Positions 25,638-37,900 of a stretch of DNA of 64,000 bases are shown here, piece by piece (positions within the stretch are counted from its first letter, which is position 1; each line of letters starts with the position of its first letter). The translations under genes and the position numbers were made by a program. This DNA is from Podarcis melisellensis (lineage: Eukaryota): NCBI GenBank assembly GCA_964234715.1, contig OZ174292.1; one strand, given 5' to 3'. The notes beneath the pieces were generated by a model. That model did no database searches. It saw only the letters and a list, made by a program, of their open reading frames with translations, and was not told the DNA's origin.

Positions 25638-28600
25638 ATGAGATTCATCTGGCAGGACTTGTTTTTGAGAAACCCATGCTGGGTCTTAGTAACCACAGCA
25701 TCCTTTTCTAAGTGCTCACAGACCAACTATTTAATTATATGTTCTAGCACTTCTCCTGCTACTAATGTCAAGCTCACTTGTCGGTAGTTACTTGGGTATT
25801 CTTTTTTCTGCTTTTAGAAGATGGGAACATTTGCCCGCCTCCAGTCCGCAGGGACCTCACCTGTTGTCCAAGAATTCTCAAAGATTATAGACAAAAGCTC
25901 TGAGAGTACACCTCCAAGCTCATTTGCATGGTCAATAGTCAGGGGTGATGGCAGCTGGAGTCCAGCAACAGCTGGAGGACAACAAGATGGGCGTAGCTTA
26001 TCAGGCCCTGGAGAACTGAATTCATTTAAGGTAGCAAGGTGTTCCCTTACTACCTCTTTTCTTATCTTGCGCTTCAGCTCCCTCCTTGCATCGTTTCTTC
26101 TGTTATCACCTGGTTGGGCACTACTTTCATTTTGGGTACAGAGGCAAAGTAGGTGTTGAACAGTTCCACCTTAACTCTGTCATCCAATAACATTTCTCCA
26201 TCTTCTCCACGCAAGAGACATACTACTTGCTTGTTCTTCCTCTTGCTTCAAACATAGCCAATGAAACCTTTTATTATTATTTTTAACCTCTCTTCCAAGC
26301 AACTCGTGTATACTCCTCCTTTGTGATTTCTCCTTTCTTCCATTACTTTTACATTTCCTTCTTAAATTTCAGCTCATCTGTAAACTCCTTATGCAGCCAC
26401 ACTGGTTTCTTCAAGTGCCTCCCACTTTTCTTTCTTGCCAGAATTGTATGCTTTTGTGCCTTCAATATTTCACCTTTAAAAAACTCCCATCCAACCTGGA
26501 CTCCCTTTCTTTGAGTATTTCTGACCATGGGATTACACCCAGTAGTTCCTTAAGCTTTTTGAAATCAGCCTTCTTAAAGTCCAGAGTGCATGTCTGACTA
26601 CACTCAGCATTCCCTTGCCTGTGTGTAATAAAAGCCAAGAAGACACGATCACTTCCTTCCAAAGTTCCCTGTACCTCTCCTTTTTGAATGTTTGGTAACC
26701 TGCTCGAGGAATGCATTATCCAAGTCCTCAGTCCGGCTTAGAGGTCTATAGAAGACACACATAGTAAGGTCACTGTTGTTTTCCTCCCCTACAATTTTTA
26801 CCCATGTACTCTCAACCTGCCTTTCATGCTCCAAGTCATGAATCTCTTCACAAGTGTACACATCCCTTACATATAATGCTGCCTCTCCCCACGTCCGGTT
26901 TGATCTATTGCTTTTGAGCAGGTTGTACCCCTCAATTTCTACATTTCAGTCATGAGACTCATCTTGCCAGGTTTCAGTAATGGCTGTCAGGTCATGTTTG
27001 CCATCCTGCATTAAGAGCTCAAGTTCTTATTTCTCGTCTCCCATAGAGACAACTGCACTCATGTTTAGACAACTGAAGCCATGAGTCATTCTTCTGCACA
27101 CTGCTGCCTCTGTCCCCCGTCACTGCCACCCCTCTCTTCCTTCTCTGAGGAGCAGCAGGAATCGTTTTGTACATTGTAGCTTCCACCGCCACCTAAGTAT
27201 GTTCTGAGGTCTGCAACAGTTGTTCTTGCTCCTCTGGCCAAGATGCAGTGTCCACAGAGCATGAAATCAATTCTGTAGCTCCAGAGACATACTTTATTCT
27301 TTCTTTCTTAAAAAGGGTACCCAAAACCTAACACGTCTTATAGCTTCAGTAAAGGAAGGGACATGTCATATTCCAGTGCCTTCTCTTTGTACTTCAGCAT
27401 AAAAAGGAAAACAAGGAGCAAAATAGCATACAAATAATTTTTGACCCCCAGCTGCATATTCTGCTTAAGCTCTTGTCTCTTTTCTTAACCACCCCCAATA
27501 TTCTCCTGCTCTCACCTGACAAGAGGGGCTTGATCTGTTTGATCCTGGCTGCCATGGCTGGAGTGATCTTTGACTTCCCCTTGGGATCAGAGGAACTGGG
27601 CTCATCTGTTTCCATTGGTGCCAGTGTGTCACCATCCAGGCCAATTCCTTCTAGCAGGCCTTGAGCAGAGGCTTCCATGCTCCCAGCTGCCACTGCTTCC
27701 GATTCACCATCTGCAAGAAGAATATGTTAAATTAAAGGAGCGTCTCCATCCCCATCATTCTGCCCGGACGCTGAGGTCCAGCGCCGAGGGCCTTCTGGCG
27801 GTTCCCTCATTGCAAGAAGCAAAGCTACAGGGAACCAGGCAGAGGGCCTTCTCAGTAGTGGCGCCCGCCCTGTGGAACGCCCTTCCAGCAAACGTCAAAG
27901 CGATAAATAACTACCTGACATTCAGAAGACATCTTAAGGCAGCCCTGTTCAGGGAAGTTTTTAACGTGTGATATTTTACTGTATTTTTTGTTTCTATGGA
28001 AGCCGCCCAGAGTGGCTGGGGAGGCCCAGCCAGATGGGCGGGGTATAAATAATAAATTATTATTATTATTATTATTATTATTATTTAAATTACTAGTCTT
28101 GTATTCTTCCAGTTCTAAGTCAAGATCACTTGGAAACCTGGTTCTGCCAGCCTATTTTCCAAAATTCTACTTAGGAGGTACCTAGAGTCCATAAATTCAA
28201 ATGTGCAGACAAAAGGTCCTGGGTAAAGCAATCGCTGAAGAATGTAGCTCTATCAGTTGAATTTAGGAGTTTAGAAAGGGATTAATTTTTTTACATTGGG
28301 GCCTCCAACATGGTGCCAGCAGATGCCAGTGTGTTCACTGGTACCTCCTATGGCACCACAAAAGGTCTCAGTAAATAATCCTTAAATATTCATGATGCAC
28401 GAGACATGTCTTGCTCTTCCTTATGAGCGCCTGTTTGCCCTGACTGGTTCAGCCTCTTCAACACTGAACATGCCCCCTTAATCATGTACATGTCACTGGA
28501 TACCAGAGGAAAGATGCAAAGAGCTTCTGTGACCGAGCACATCAATGATGGATCTAGATGCCTTCCCTCCCAAACTGACTGGGGAGGGGCATGCTCATGT

Positions 28601-28920
28601 CATTCTGTGGTCCTGTCTTTTTTATCTATATATTTCCCTCCTACTCCTTCAGATGTGGCAAACATTTTGTGTTAAACATTACACCCACAGCAACTATCTT
28701 GTGACTGGCATCCACAACATCCTTAAAATTCCAAATGTGCCCACTGGTTCAAAAAGGTCTGCATCTTACAACATTGTCATTTCAAGTGAAGTACTTTAAG
28801 AGCCAAGAGAATCAGGAACTGGACTGGACAACAAAGGGCACATGGAAGGGCAGGGGTCTCAAACTTAAATGGGTTGTTGGGATCATACTCCCCCAGGGGC
28901 CACACTAGTTTTATTATTTA

Positions 28921-28964
<44 letters not shown>

Positions 28965-31900
28965 TACACAATTTACTAACCAGGTGGCACCAGGGGGCTT
29001 TTAATAATAATAATAATAAATTATTATTTGTACCCCACCCATCTGGCTGGGTTTCCCCAGCCACTCTGGGCGGCTTCCAACAAAGATTAAAAATACATTA
29101 AAATATCACACATTAAAACTTTTAGTTTCCCACCAAAAACCTTCAGGGCAATCTGAATTGATACACCAAAGTTTTGACTGCAGCTCAGACAGTGAAGTTT
29201 GAAATCACAGAAATATTAGTAGTGTGCTGATGCTACAGCATGCAATACCCTTCGTTAGGTCAATTTTGCTCACCCTGCTAAAGACATCTGTTTTGTAGCC
29301 CTGAATAATGTGTAAAATGTAATCAGCGTTTTATGACCACACAGAGTATGCCTTAGAGGGTGTTTATATTTTGACATGTAGTATATATATAGCAACTGAA
29401 CTACAAAACGTATCTTCTACAACCATGCTCATGTTGCACAGCATAGGTACCACGAAATCAAAGTTCCTCTAGCGATGCCACAATATTCAATATGTCCAGG
29501 ATAAGGATCCTGCTTCCCATCCATACCTGCTTTTTTGGCTCCCTGGGTGGAATTGGGGGCGGCTTTCTCTTCCTTCGGCACCAGCTTCTGCATATCAGCT
29601 TGGCCAAATTCGCAACCTGAAGGCAAACTGCAAGCATGGAAAGGTAAGTCACAGCTACAGGTGGCACTCATCTGGCAGGGCACGTTAGCCTACAGCACCG
29701 TAGAAAAACATTTAGCAATATGGAGCAAGGGTATGCACTACCCTTCAAGCATGGGGCACAGAAATGAAGGATCACAGACATCTCCCTAGTCAGTGCTGAG
29801 CTGTTTATGCTCTTTGGGCTAGATGAAGCCCTCTACACATTTCCATATGGACTCTTGCTTTTTCCTCCCATGCTTTTGATCATTTTAGCCACATCAGCTT
29901 TTAGAATGATTGAACAAGTCTGGCTAAATAAGAACTGAAATTGCTGAGTGTGCTCCAAAGCTGCTAAATGGAATCTAGGTCAAAGTTCACTTAATCTACA
30001 GATGAGAAACTGACTCTAGGTATGATGGATAAGAGAAATCTCTTTGTAGCCTTTGCTTGCCAAGGGAGCATGTACTAATGGCTTCTACTTTACCATATTA
30101 TGTTACACATAAACTCCTTAAGGGACCCAAGGAGGACGTGCATTTGAACAAGTCTAAGACATTTGGCTCTCTTCAGCCCTCAGAATTCTTGTCTGCCAAA
30201 TGACTTCTTGGAAGACATTAACCTGGCTGCTACCGATTTCAAATTCTGGGAGTAAATGATAAAACTGTCCACCACTGCCAAGCCCAAGCCTCTCAACCGC
30301 CAAATGCTCCATACCTGTTTGGTGTACATAGTGACAGCAGCACCGTGCTTTCCCATACCAGGGAACAGTAGAGTTGGCTCAACTTGCTCAGCACACTCAG
30401 GCCCAACTGGGAACCCCACTGGTTTACCGAGATGGCTCTGATCTCACTCTGTAATAGAAGAGATTGCACGCTGTTAAGTGCCCGGACTACATTCTGCTGA
30501 CAGAAAGCAGTAGCCAGACCAGGTTGGTCATTAACAAGGTTTGGGGGTTGCTCTTACCTGTCCTACCCGGCAGGTATGTACAAACATCATGATGTAAGCA
30601 TGGGCAGCTGTCAGGGCATGAAGTAAAGGTGTGGCCTGGGCTGAGAGGGTGGCATCAGCCACATTGCCAGCACATGCCAACTCCCGCAGCAGGACCGAGC
30701 CACCAGGCGCCTCAATGGGCCGGTGTAGAGGCTCCAGGGAAGACAGGATGGAGTCCAGCTGGAGCAGGCCTTCCTGCAGGACCTTCGGTTCATGAGATAG
30801 CGTCTAAGGTAGAAAAGATAAACAGTGACATCCATTAAACAAGGCTCAGTAAGTGCAGATCTCTGCCTCAAAACCACCCACTATACCAATCTCTGGTTCA
30901 GGATGTTCATTTTACAGTAGTGGCCTGTGGATTACTGAATACCCAGCAGCACTCAGAAGGTATCCATCACTTTCTCTCAGGGAAATATTGGAAGCTTTAC
31001 CAGCTGTTAAGGCCACATTGTTAACATTTAGTGACTTAAGGCTAAATATAGATAATGTTTCCCCACTAATCAAGCTAGTACCACCAGCTTGCTCACTAGC
31101 CCACACAAGAAGGCTAAGCAACAAGTGCGCAGACTCGCACTCCAAACCCACCCGCTAAGCTACCATGACAGAATTAGAAGAGCAGTGGCTGATCATATTA
31201 CAGTTCAGATGTGGTTTCCCCAAGTCAAGAGATCACAGCATATTGATCACTGCCTGCTCAAACTAATAGAGATGTTGAGCTCCAGCAAAGTACATGGTAA
31301 TCTAAATTATGTGGTTTAATCCCTGATGGGACAGATGTTTAAACTCATGCCACAACAGCATCCTTGATACATGACCTTTTTGGTCCCTTGATCTATTTAG
31401 GTACTGCTTAGATTGGCAGAAGTGGATCTGGTAAGAAAAGTGGTGCTATGTAGATAATAATAACAACAATGACAACAACGACGATAACTTATTTCTTGTT
31501 CCTAGCCCATCTGACTGGGTTGCCCCAACCACTCTGGGCGGCTTCCAGCAAAATATAAAGGAGCACAACAAAACACCAAACATTAAAAGCTTCCCCAAAC
31601 AGGACTGCCTTCAGGTGTCTACAAAAAGTTATAGCAAGTCAGGTACACTGAATGAGAAAAACAAAACTCCTAAAGTTCACTGCTCCAAGTAAACTCTGTG
31701 GATTTCCAAGTTTAATTATTACGACTCCTCAACTGTCAAAGTTAAACTGGCCTTCCTGAAGAGAAATGAACATGATGATTGGGCTAATCATGGATCTAGA
31801 AACAGGTTGCAAGGTAAGAAAGCCTGTAATATTGGCACACTGAATGAAGCAAAGATGGTGAGAGATTGTGGGCATGTGGAATGATATGGGTATACAAATT

Positions 31901-34900
31901 TATTCTCAGAACAAAACAGCAAGTGCTGAGAATGACCCGACACAACTGCATGTCAGTAAGCGCTATTATAAATGCACATCTTCTGCATAAAAAGACCATA
32001 CCAACATCCAGAAGCCAAGCATGACATTATACCCAGAGCTTCAAGGAAGTGTCGCTACCATGGATTGCTGAACACCAGAAGGCTGTATAAGGTGCTGCCA
32101 CAGCTTATTCACCAGTCAGCATTTAAAGTACTGATTGATTTAGCTTTGTCTTGTTTCTATGAATGCACAAAGCCCCTTTCTCCAGCACACATCCAATAAT
32201 ACACCTTGGTTTCATGCAGTTGACACATGCTCTAAACTAACCCAAACTGGAGGGCATCTGGTTGGCCACTGTGAGAACAGAGTGCTGGACTCTGGGCCAC
32301 AAGGATTCCTCTTATCCTCTTATGGCCTGAGATCCAGGAATCAAGTACCATGTCACTTGCCAGGTCTTTTGGAGACAAGCAACACTTATGAATGTATCAA
32401 CAGTCACTGCAAGAAAATGTTGAATGTTAAAGTGAAGAACTGGGTTTCAATGAAGTGGAGGCCACAGCCTATTTGAGACGACAAAGACTTGTAAGCCATA
32501 GATCATAGCAAACAAATAGGATGGTAAGGGTCTTGTTTGCTTTCCCTGCAACCCTCACCAAGCACTGTTTGAGGGGAGGGAATAGGCAGAGTCTTGCCAG
32601 CAGTGTGTATATTACTACTAAACTTTTATATGTGGTGGCCCTGCATCATTGCTCAGAGTTTATACAGGGAAGCCTTGACAGACAGACTATGTCACCTGGA
32701 CAGACACTATAAAAGAATGAACTTGAATTAGCAGCTGTATATTTGCTAATCAGCATCAGCCGAGAACACTCACTCAATGTTTTTTGTTATTTTACGCTTC
32801 TATATGCAAAGCTGGAAAATGAAAAATTGTTGGTTATTTTGCTGAAAGTAAGAAGTCTATCTATGGAACCAATTTGACAGTGCTTATCTAGGAGAAACTG
32901 GCTTTGGTTTGTATTGCTTTGAGGATTAAGAAGATTTTTGGCACTGGTACTAAAACTACAGTAACTGGTTTGTTAATTTTTTACTTCCTTGATCATTGCA
33001 TCTATATTGTGTGGTGATGCAACATTAGCGGATTTGCCTGAGGAGCAATTTCAGCAAAAGGGCTCTAAAATTGCTTTTGATCAAGTAGTGGTTCTGGTCA
33101 CCTAAAGTTTATTATTCCTGGATCAGCTTAAGCAGAGCAGGAGCAGCATAAAAGACCATCTTAATTTCTAAGGGAAAAATGCTATGCCTCAAGTCTGTTT
33201 CCAAACATTCATTTCTGATCTAGGGCCACTAGGGCCATTCTTGATGTGTGCAGTGTCTGAAGGAAATGAACTCTAAACCAACAGACAATGAGGCTGCAGC
33301 TAAGTGAGCTCTGGCACAAATTAAGCCCCGGCAGAGACTTCATGCAACTGAGATCCACATGATGACCAGTATATGAATACTACTGCAGACGCCAAAATGT
33401 GGAGCTGCCACCACATGGAACCACTCTCACTGTCTGACATCTTTTAATTGCTCCAACTAAATCCTGGCTTCTTCCAGAGAACAGCCTGCTCTTTTAAACC
33501 AAAGTAAAATGTTTCATCAGAAAAACCAGTTAAGGCTGAGTGGCCTCTGTCCTAAAAACAAACTAAGCATTCTGTAACAACATAGCCCAAGTTCCACAAC
33601 CCCAAAAGCTGAACTTTGCAATTGGTATAAATTCTGGAACCAAAGCAAATCAGCAGGGTTTGTTTTGCATAATCATGCGGTTTAAACTGTTGAAGCATAA
33701 ATTATTCTGCTTCTGAAAATCATATGGAATAGCCAAGAGCTAAAACAGAATGTTAAAGCTCTGTTCCCCAGAAATGTTATCCTAGCCCTTCTGATTTGAG
33801 GTTTTTCCCTCAAAACGTTTCTTTAAACCATAAAATTGTTGCTGCTCTCCCAACTCCACCCCAGTCAGTGAAATCAAATAAAAAGCTGAGATTCTTAGGA
33901 AACAGAATTCTTCAGCTGTATTCTACAGGTTTCCCATGCTCCCACAAAATAGCAGCAAGTGGAAATCATGCTATAGAGTGATAGTCCCAACATGAACTGT
34001 GAAAGCATGCCTGTTCTATAGATATGATTTATTCCTTCTTACATTTTTACTTTGGATTTCTTAAATATAGTTCTACAACTCCATCCAGGTGACAAAGTCT
34101 TGAGACACTGGCCCTTCTCTGGCAATACACTAAAATTATGCACATGACCACAACGAATGCTGGGAGAGGTGCAGAGGTCCTCTGCCAAGCTACATTTCTC
34201 AAAAAGCTATCTCCAATTAAAGGGCTTCTTAGCCCTTCAAAAATAAGACCTGTTAGCTGTAATGACACAGTCAACAGGAACGTCTAGCAGATGCATTTTG
34301 GGGTGGGAGTAGGAGTTAAAGAGTAGGATTTCCAGAAGCTTGTGTGTACTTCCAACTTGATGGCAGTGATAATTACCTTCTGGAAAGGGAAATGTTGTAT
34401 TCTCCTCCTTACCAATATGGATTTGCAGACTCCAGCCACAGCTTGGCAGGCTGCTGAGGTGGGGAAGTCTATAGGCAGGTTGGGCAGGCCCAAGATGGTG
34501 ACTAGGGGCAGCAGGCCCTTCTGATTCACAAACTCCTGACAATGGTCATCTGTTGTATTGTTGCTGAGGATGGACTCCACAAATTTCATCTGGGAGACAG
34601 AAAAGGAGGGTAAGGAAGAAAATAATCAACATTTCATACAAAAACAAAAGGTTGGGTAGCCTACGCCCAGACCAAGCCCAAATGGAGAGTGAAGCATGGA
34701 GAGCTCTCAACTCCATAGTTTCTCTACACTCTCTAAATCCAATTTCATCCATCTTTCAAGAGGCAACTACAGTAAAGCCAAAGAAGGAGTGTTTTCTTGG
34801 TCCAATATCCTCACAACCCTGATAGATGGGTTCCAAGGGTAGCTGCTCCAAAAAAAGCAATCAGTAAAGCAAAGTTTACTTTGACATTCCAGGTTTAATT

Positions 34901-37900
34901 AAAAGGACACACACTCTCTCTGCAGATAATCAGCAAACCTGCAGTAATTTTTTTTATTTAACTGGTGTGTTAAGAAAGTGAATATTACATACTCAAACTC
35001 CTACCTCTTAAAATAATCCTATAGCTGGGAAAAATAATAAAATATTGCTATTTTGAACATGTATTTGTGTCTTTAAATAAGACCAACACCAAGCAAGTTC
35101 AGGAAGCATTACTGAGTGACAAGACTGTGGCTACAAGAGCCATGCAAATTCATTCTAACAACATGGCATGTGAGGCTGGAAACAAAAAAGGTGTCAGCCG
35201 AAAGAGCTAGGGATGCCTGAATATCTCCCTAGACCAGGGGTCAGCAACTTAAGGCCCATGGGCTGGAAGTGGCCCGCGGAGGTCGTTTGACCGGCCCATG
35301 AGTTGCCGCCAAACTTAACTGTCCGCTCATGTGCTGCGCTAAACTGGCGCAGCGCGGGGACTCGTTTCCATGCTGCCAAATACTGTGTCTGCACATGCGC
35401 AGACACCAAATACCGCATCTGTGCAGACGCCGAAAATCATGGGGGCGTATGCTCACACAGGCGCGCAATCCGGCCCACAGAGGGATCTCCGTAGGACCAA
35501 TCTGGCCCAGGCAAGTTAAGCCTTGCTGACTGAAGCCGATCCTGCCAAGGTATCCCTCAAGGACCACCCACTAATCGAGAACTTACCACATTAAGGATGT
35601 AGTCCATGAGTGGGATTGGTATCCGTTCTTCTGTCCCGACCACCCTAGAGGGGGGAAAAGGCTCATTACTGCAACCATATTGTTCAATACAGGCCTCCAG
35701 ACACTCGATTTTGGGTTGTAGATATGTGAACTAGCTGCTCAGCTTGCAGTCACCTTACAGTATTCTCCCCCAGATCCCAATCAAATTTATCAGAGGGCAA
35801 CCGCACGAAAGACACTATCAAAATCTTTGCTCACCTTTCTTAGTCCTAGACACGCAATATCCAGCTCCCACATTCCAGGTTTTATGCAAAGCTGTCTCCT
35901 ATTAAGGTTTCCCAAAAAGATAAACTGGGAGAATAGAAGTACCATCGTTCTCTTCCAACAACAACAAAAATTCCAGAGGGCAGCCCTGCGCCAAGACTGC
36001 GGCAAAACCGCGCCTGAAGCACTCCAGAATGCATCATGGTGACAAAAGATACCAGCATTGAGGAGACACCAGAAAAAGGCAAAAGGAGGGGGATAACTGT
36101 GCTGCCCATCTTGGCTGCTGGCCTCAAATTGGATTAAAGATGGGAATGTGGCAGGGGCCATGAATGGTCGACTGCCAGGCGCCATGGAGTTCTGCAGCAA
36201 AATGGAGCTGGGGAGGAGGAGAAGGAGGGGAGGGAACAGTTGGGCAGTGACGTAAAGAGCATGCTCGGTGCAAGGTTTGGTCGGAGAAGGAAGAGAAGAA
36301 AGCGAAGTCTGACACAGGCAAGGAGGGGCCAGGCAAAATGCTTGGGGTGGATGGGCGGGGGGAAGAAAAGTGGAGGATACTGGGACCTCTCCAGTCTGCA
36401 CCAGGCACCTGCCACATGGCAGCAAGCAAGCCAAAAGGAAATCCGGCCCCGCAAGTTTGGCCAAAAGAAACATGGCTGCCTCCCTGAAACTAGAAGGAGG
36501 TTTAACTGTTTCTAAACCGCCACGCACACAGGTCTGTTCTCAACTAAGGCAATACAAAGAAACAAATGCTTAATTCAAAACAGTCTACTCTAAACAAGGA
36601 TCCTCAAGCCAGCAAACAACTGGATCCAGAGCTCCTTAAGCCAGAAAACTGCCTATAAACCAGAACTGCCAGGACAAACTTTTTCCCAGTGCCTGAACAT
36701 TCTTCCTCCACCCACCCACTCTGCAAAGCATCATGCCATCTCGGGGCCAGCAGGCTCTCAATGCAGGACAGCAACTACTCCTCTCTCATTTCCCCCGCGG
36801 CATTACCCAGCATGTGGCACACATACAAAGTACCACAGAGCCAGGAGTTTATGGGGTTAAGAAACCCCATAGACAGGAAACTTCAGAGTTCAGAAGTTTA
36901 CAAAGAAACAGCTGGCAGGCACTCAGAAGCTGCTGCAGAGCTTGCCAAAGCATTGCAGAGCCAAGAGAGTCTCTGAGTAAGGCCTTCTGCGCAGCTGGGA
37001 TCAGGGTGCCAGGGAGCAAGCAAAACTATGCCAAAAATGCTCATGGGGACCCTCCACCCACCCCAAATGTAATCCTGCCCTTTGCTAGTGCAATAGGAGG
37101 CTCCTTGTCCCAAGAACTAATGCAATCATTGCTCAAAACCAGTTCAATGAAATATGTATAACTGGTTTTGCCAAGATCTCAGCATTCTACCTGTAAACAG
37201 TCAGCAGACTAGATTTCACGAGCTCAGCTACAAGACTTTCCTCAATCTATGTCATACTCACAACAAAACACATTAAGTACAGAATTCTAGTCACCAGAAA
37301 CACATTTTAGTGATAAAAATTATTCCTCAGCATCTACACAATCATGAGGCAGAGCTAAAGAAAGCAGCCTGAGCCTATGAATGTTTACTTATAGAGTATG
37401 TTCTACTGAATAAAATTGTTCTCACTCCCTTGTAAGTCTGCAAAAGACCACAGCCCAAGTCTCTTCTCGGTAAAACAATCAAACATAAAACTCTAGTAAA
37501 AACAGAAGCTACCTGGAAACATCATGTTACTAGGGTTCTACCACACTTACGAGGGGAAGCACAATTCACACACCACCTACCACATGGCTGGGAGAATTAA
37601 GATTCACTTTCCACAAAACCTGGCTTATCACGTCCTATGAACCAGGTATCATGGTGTAAAACAGGAATGAGGAACCTGTGGCTCTCTACAGGTTGCTGCA
37701 CACCCCTATCATACCCGACCACTGGGCCATGCTACCTGAGGTTGACGGAGTCCAATAACATCTGGAGGGCCACAGGTTTCCCACCCCCTGGGCTAGTTAA
37801 ATAAGACAGTTTCACAGTCCATGGTTTGAAGCTGGCTGGTTTACACAGAACAGGTTTTTAAAAATCACAATCTCTGATTTATATGTAATAAGTCAGGTTT

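Noticed and set aside
35790-36527. 245-aa minus-strand ORF and overlapping ORFs
   Set aside because: No recognisable domain; open in several frames in GC-rich, probably repeat-derived intronic DNA
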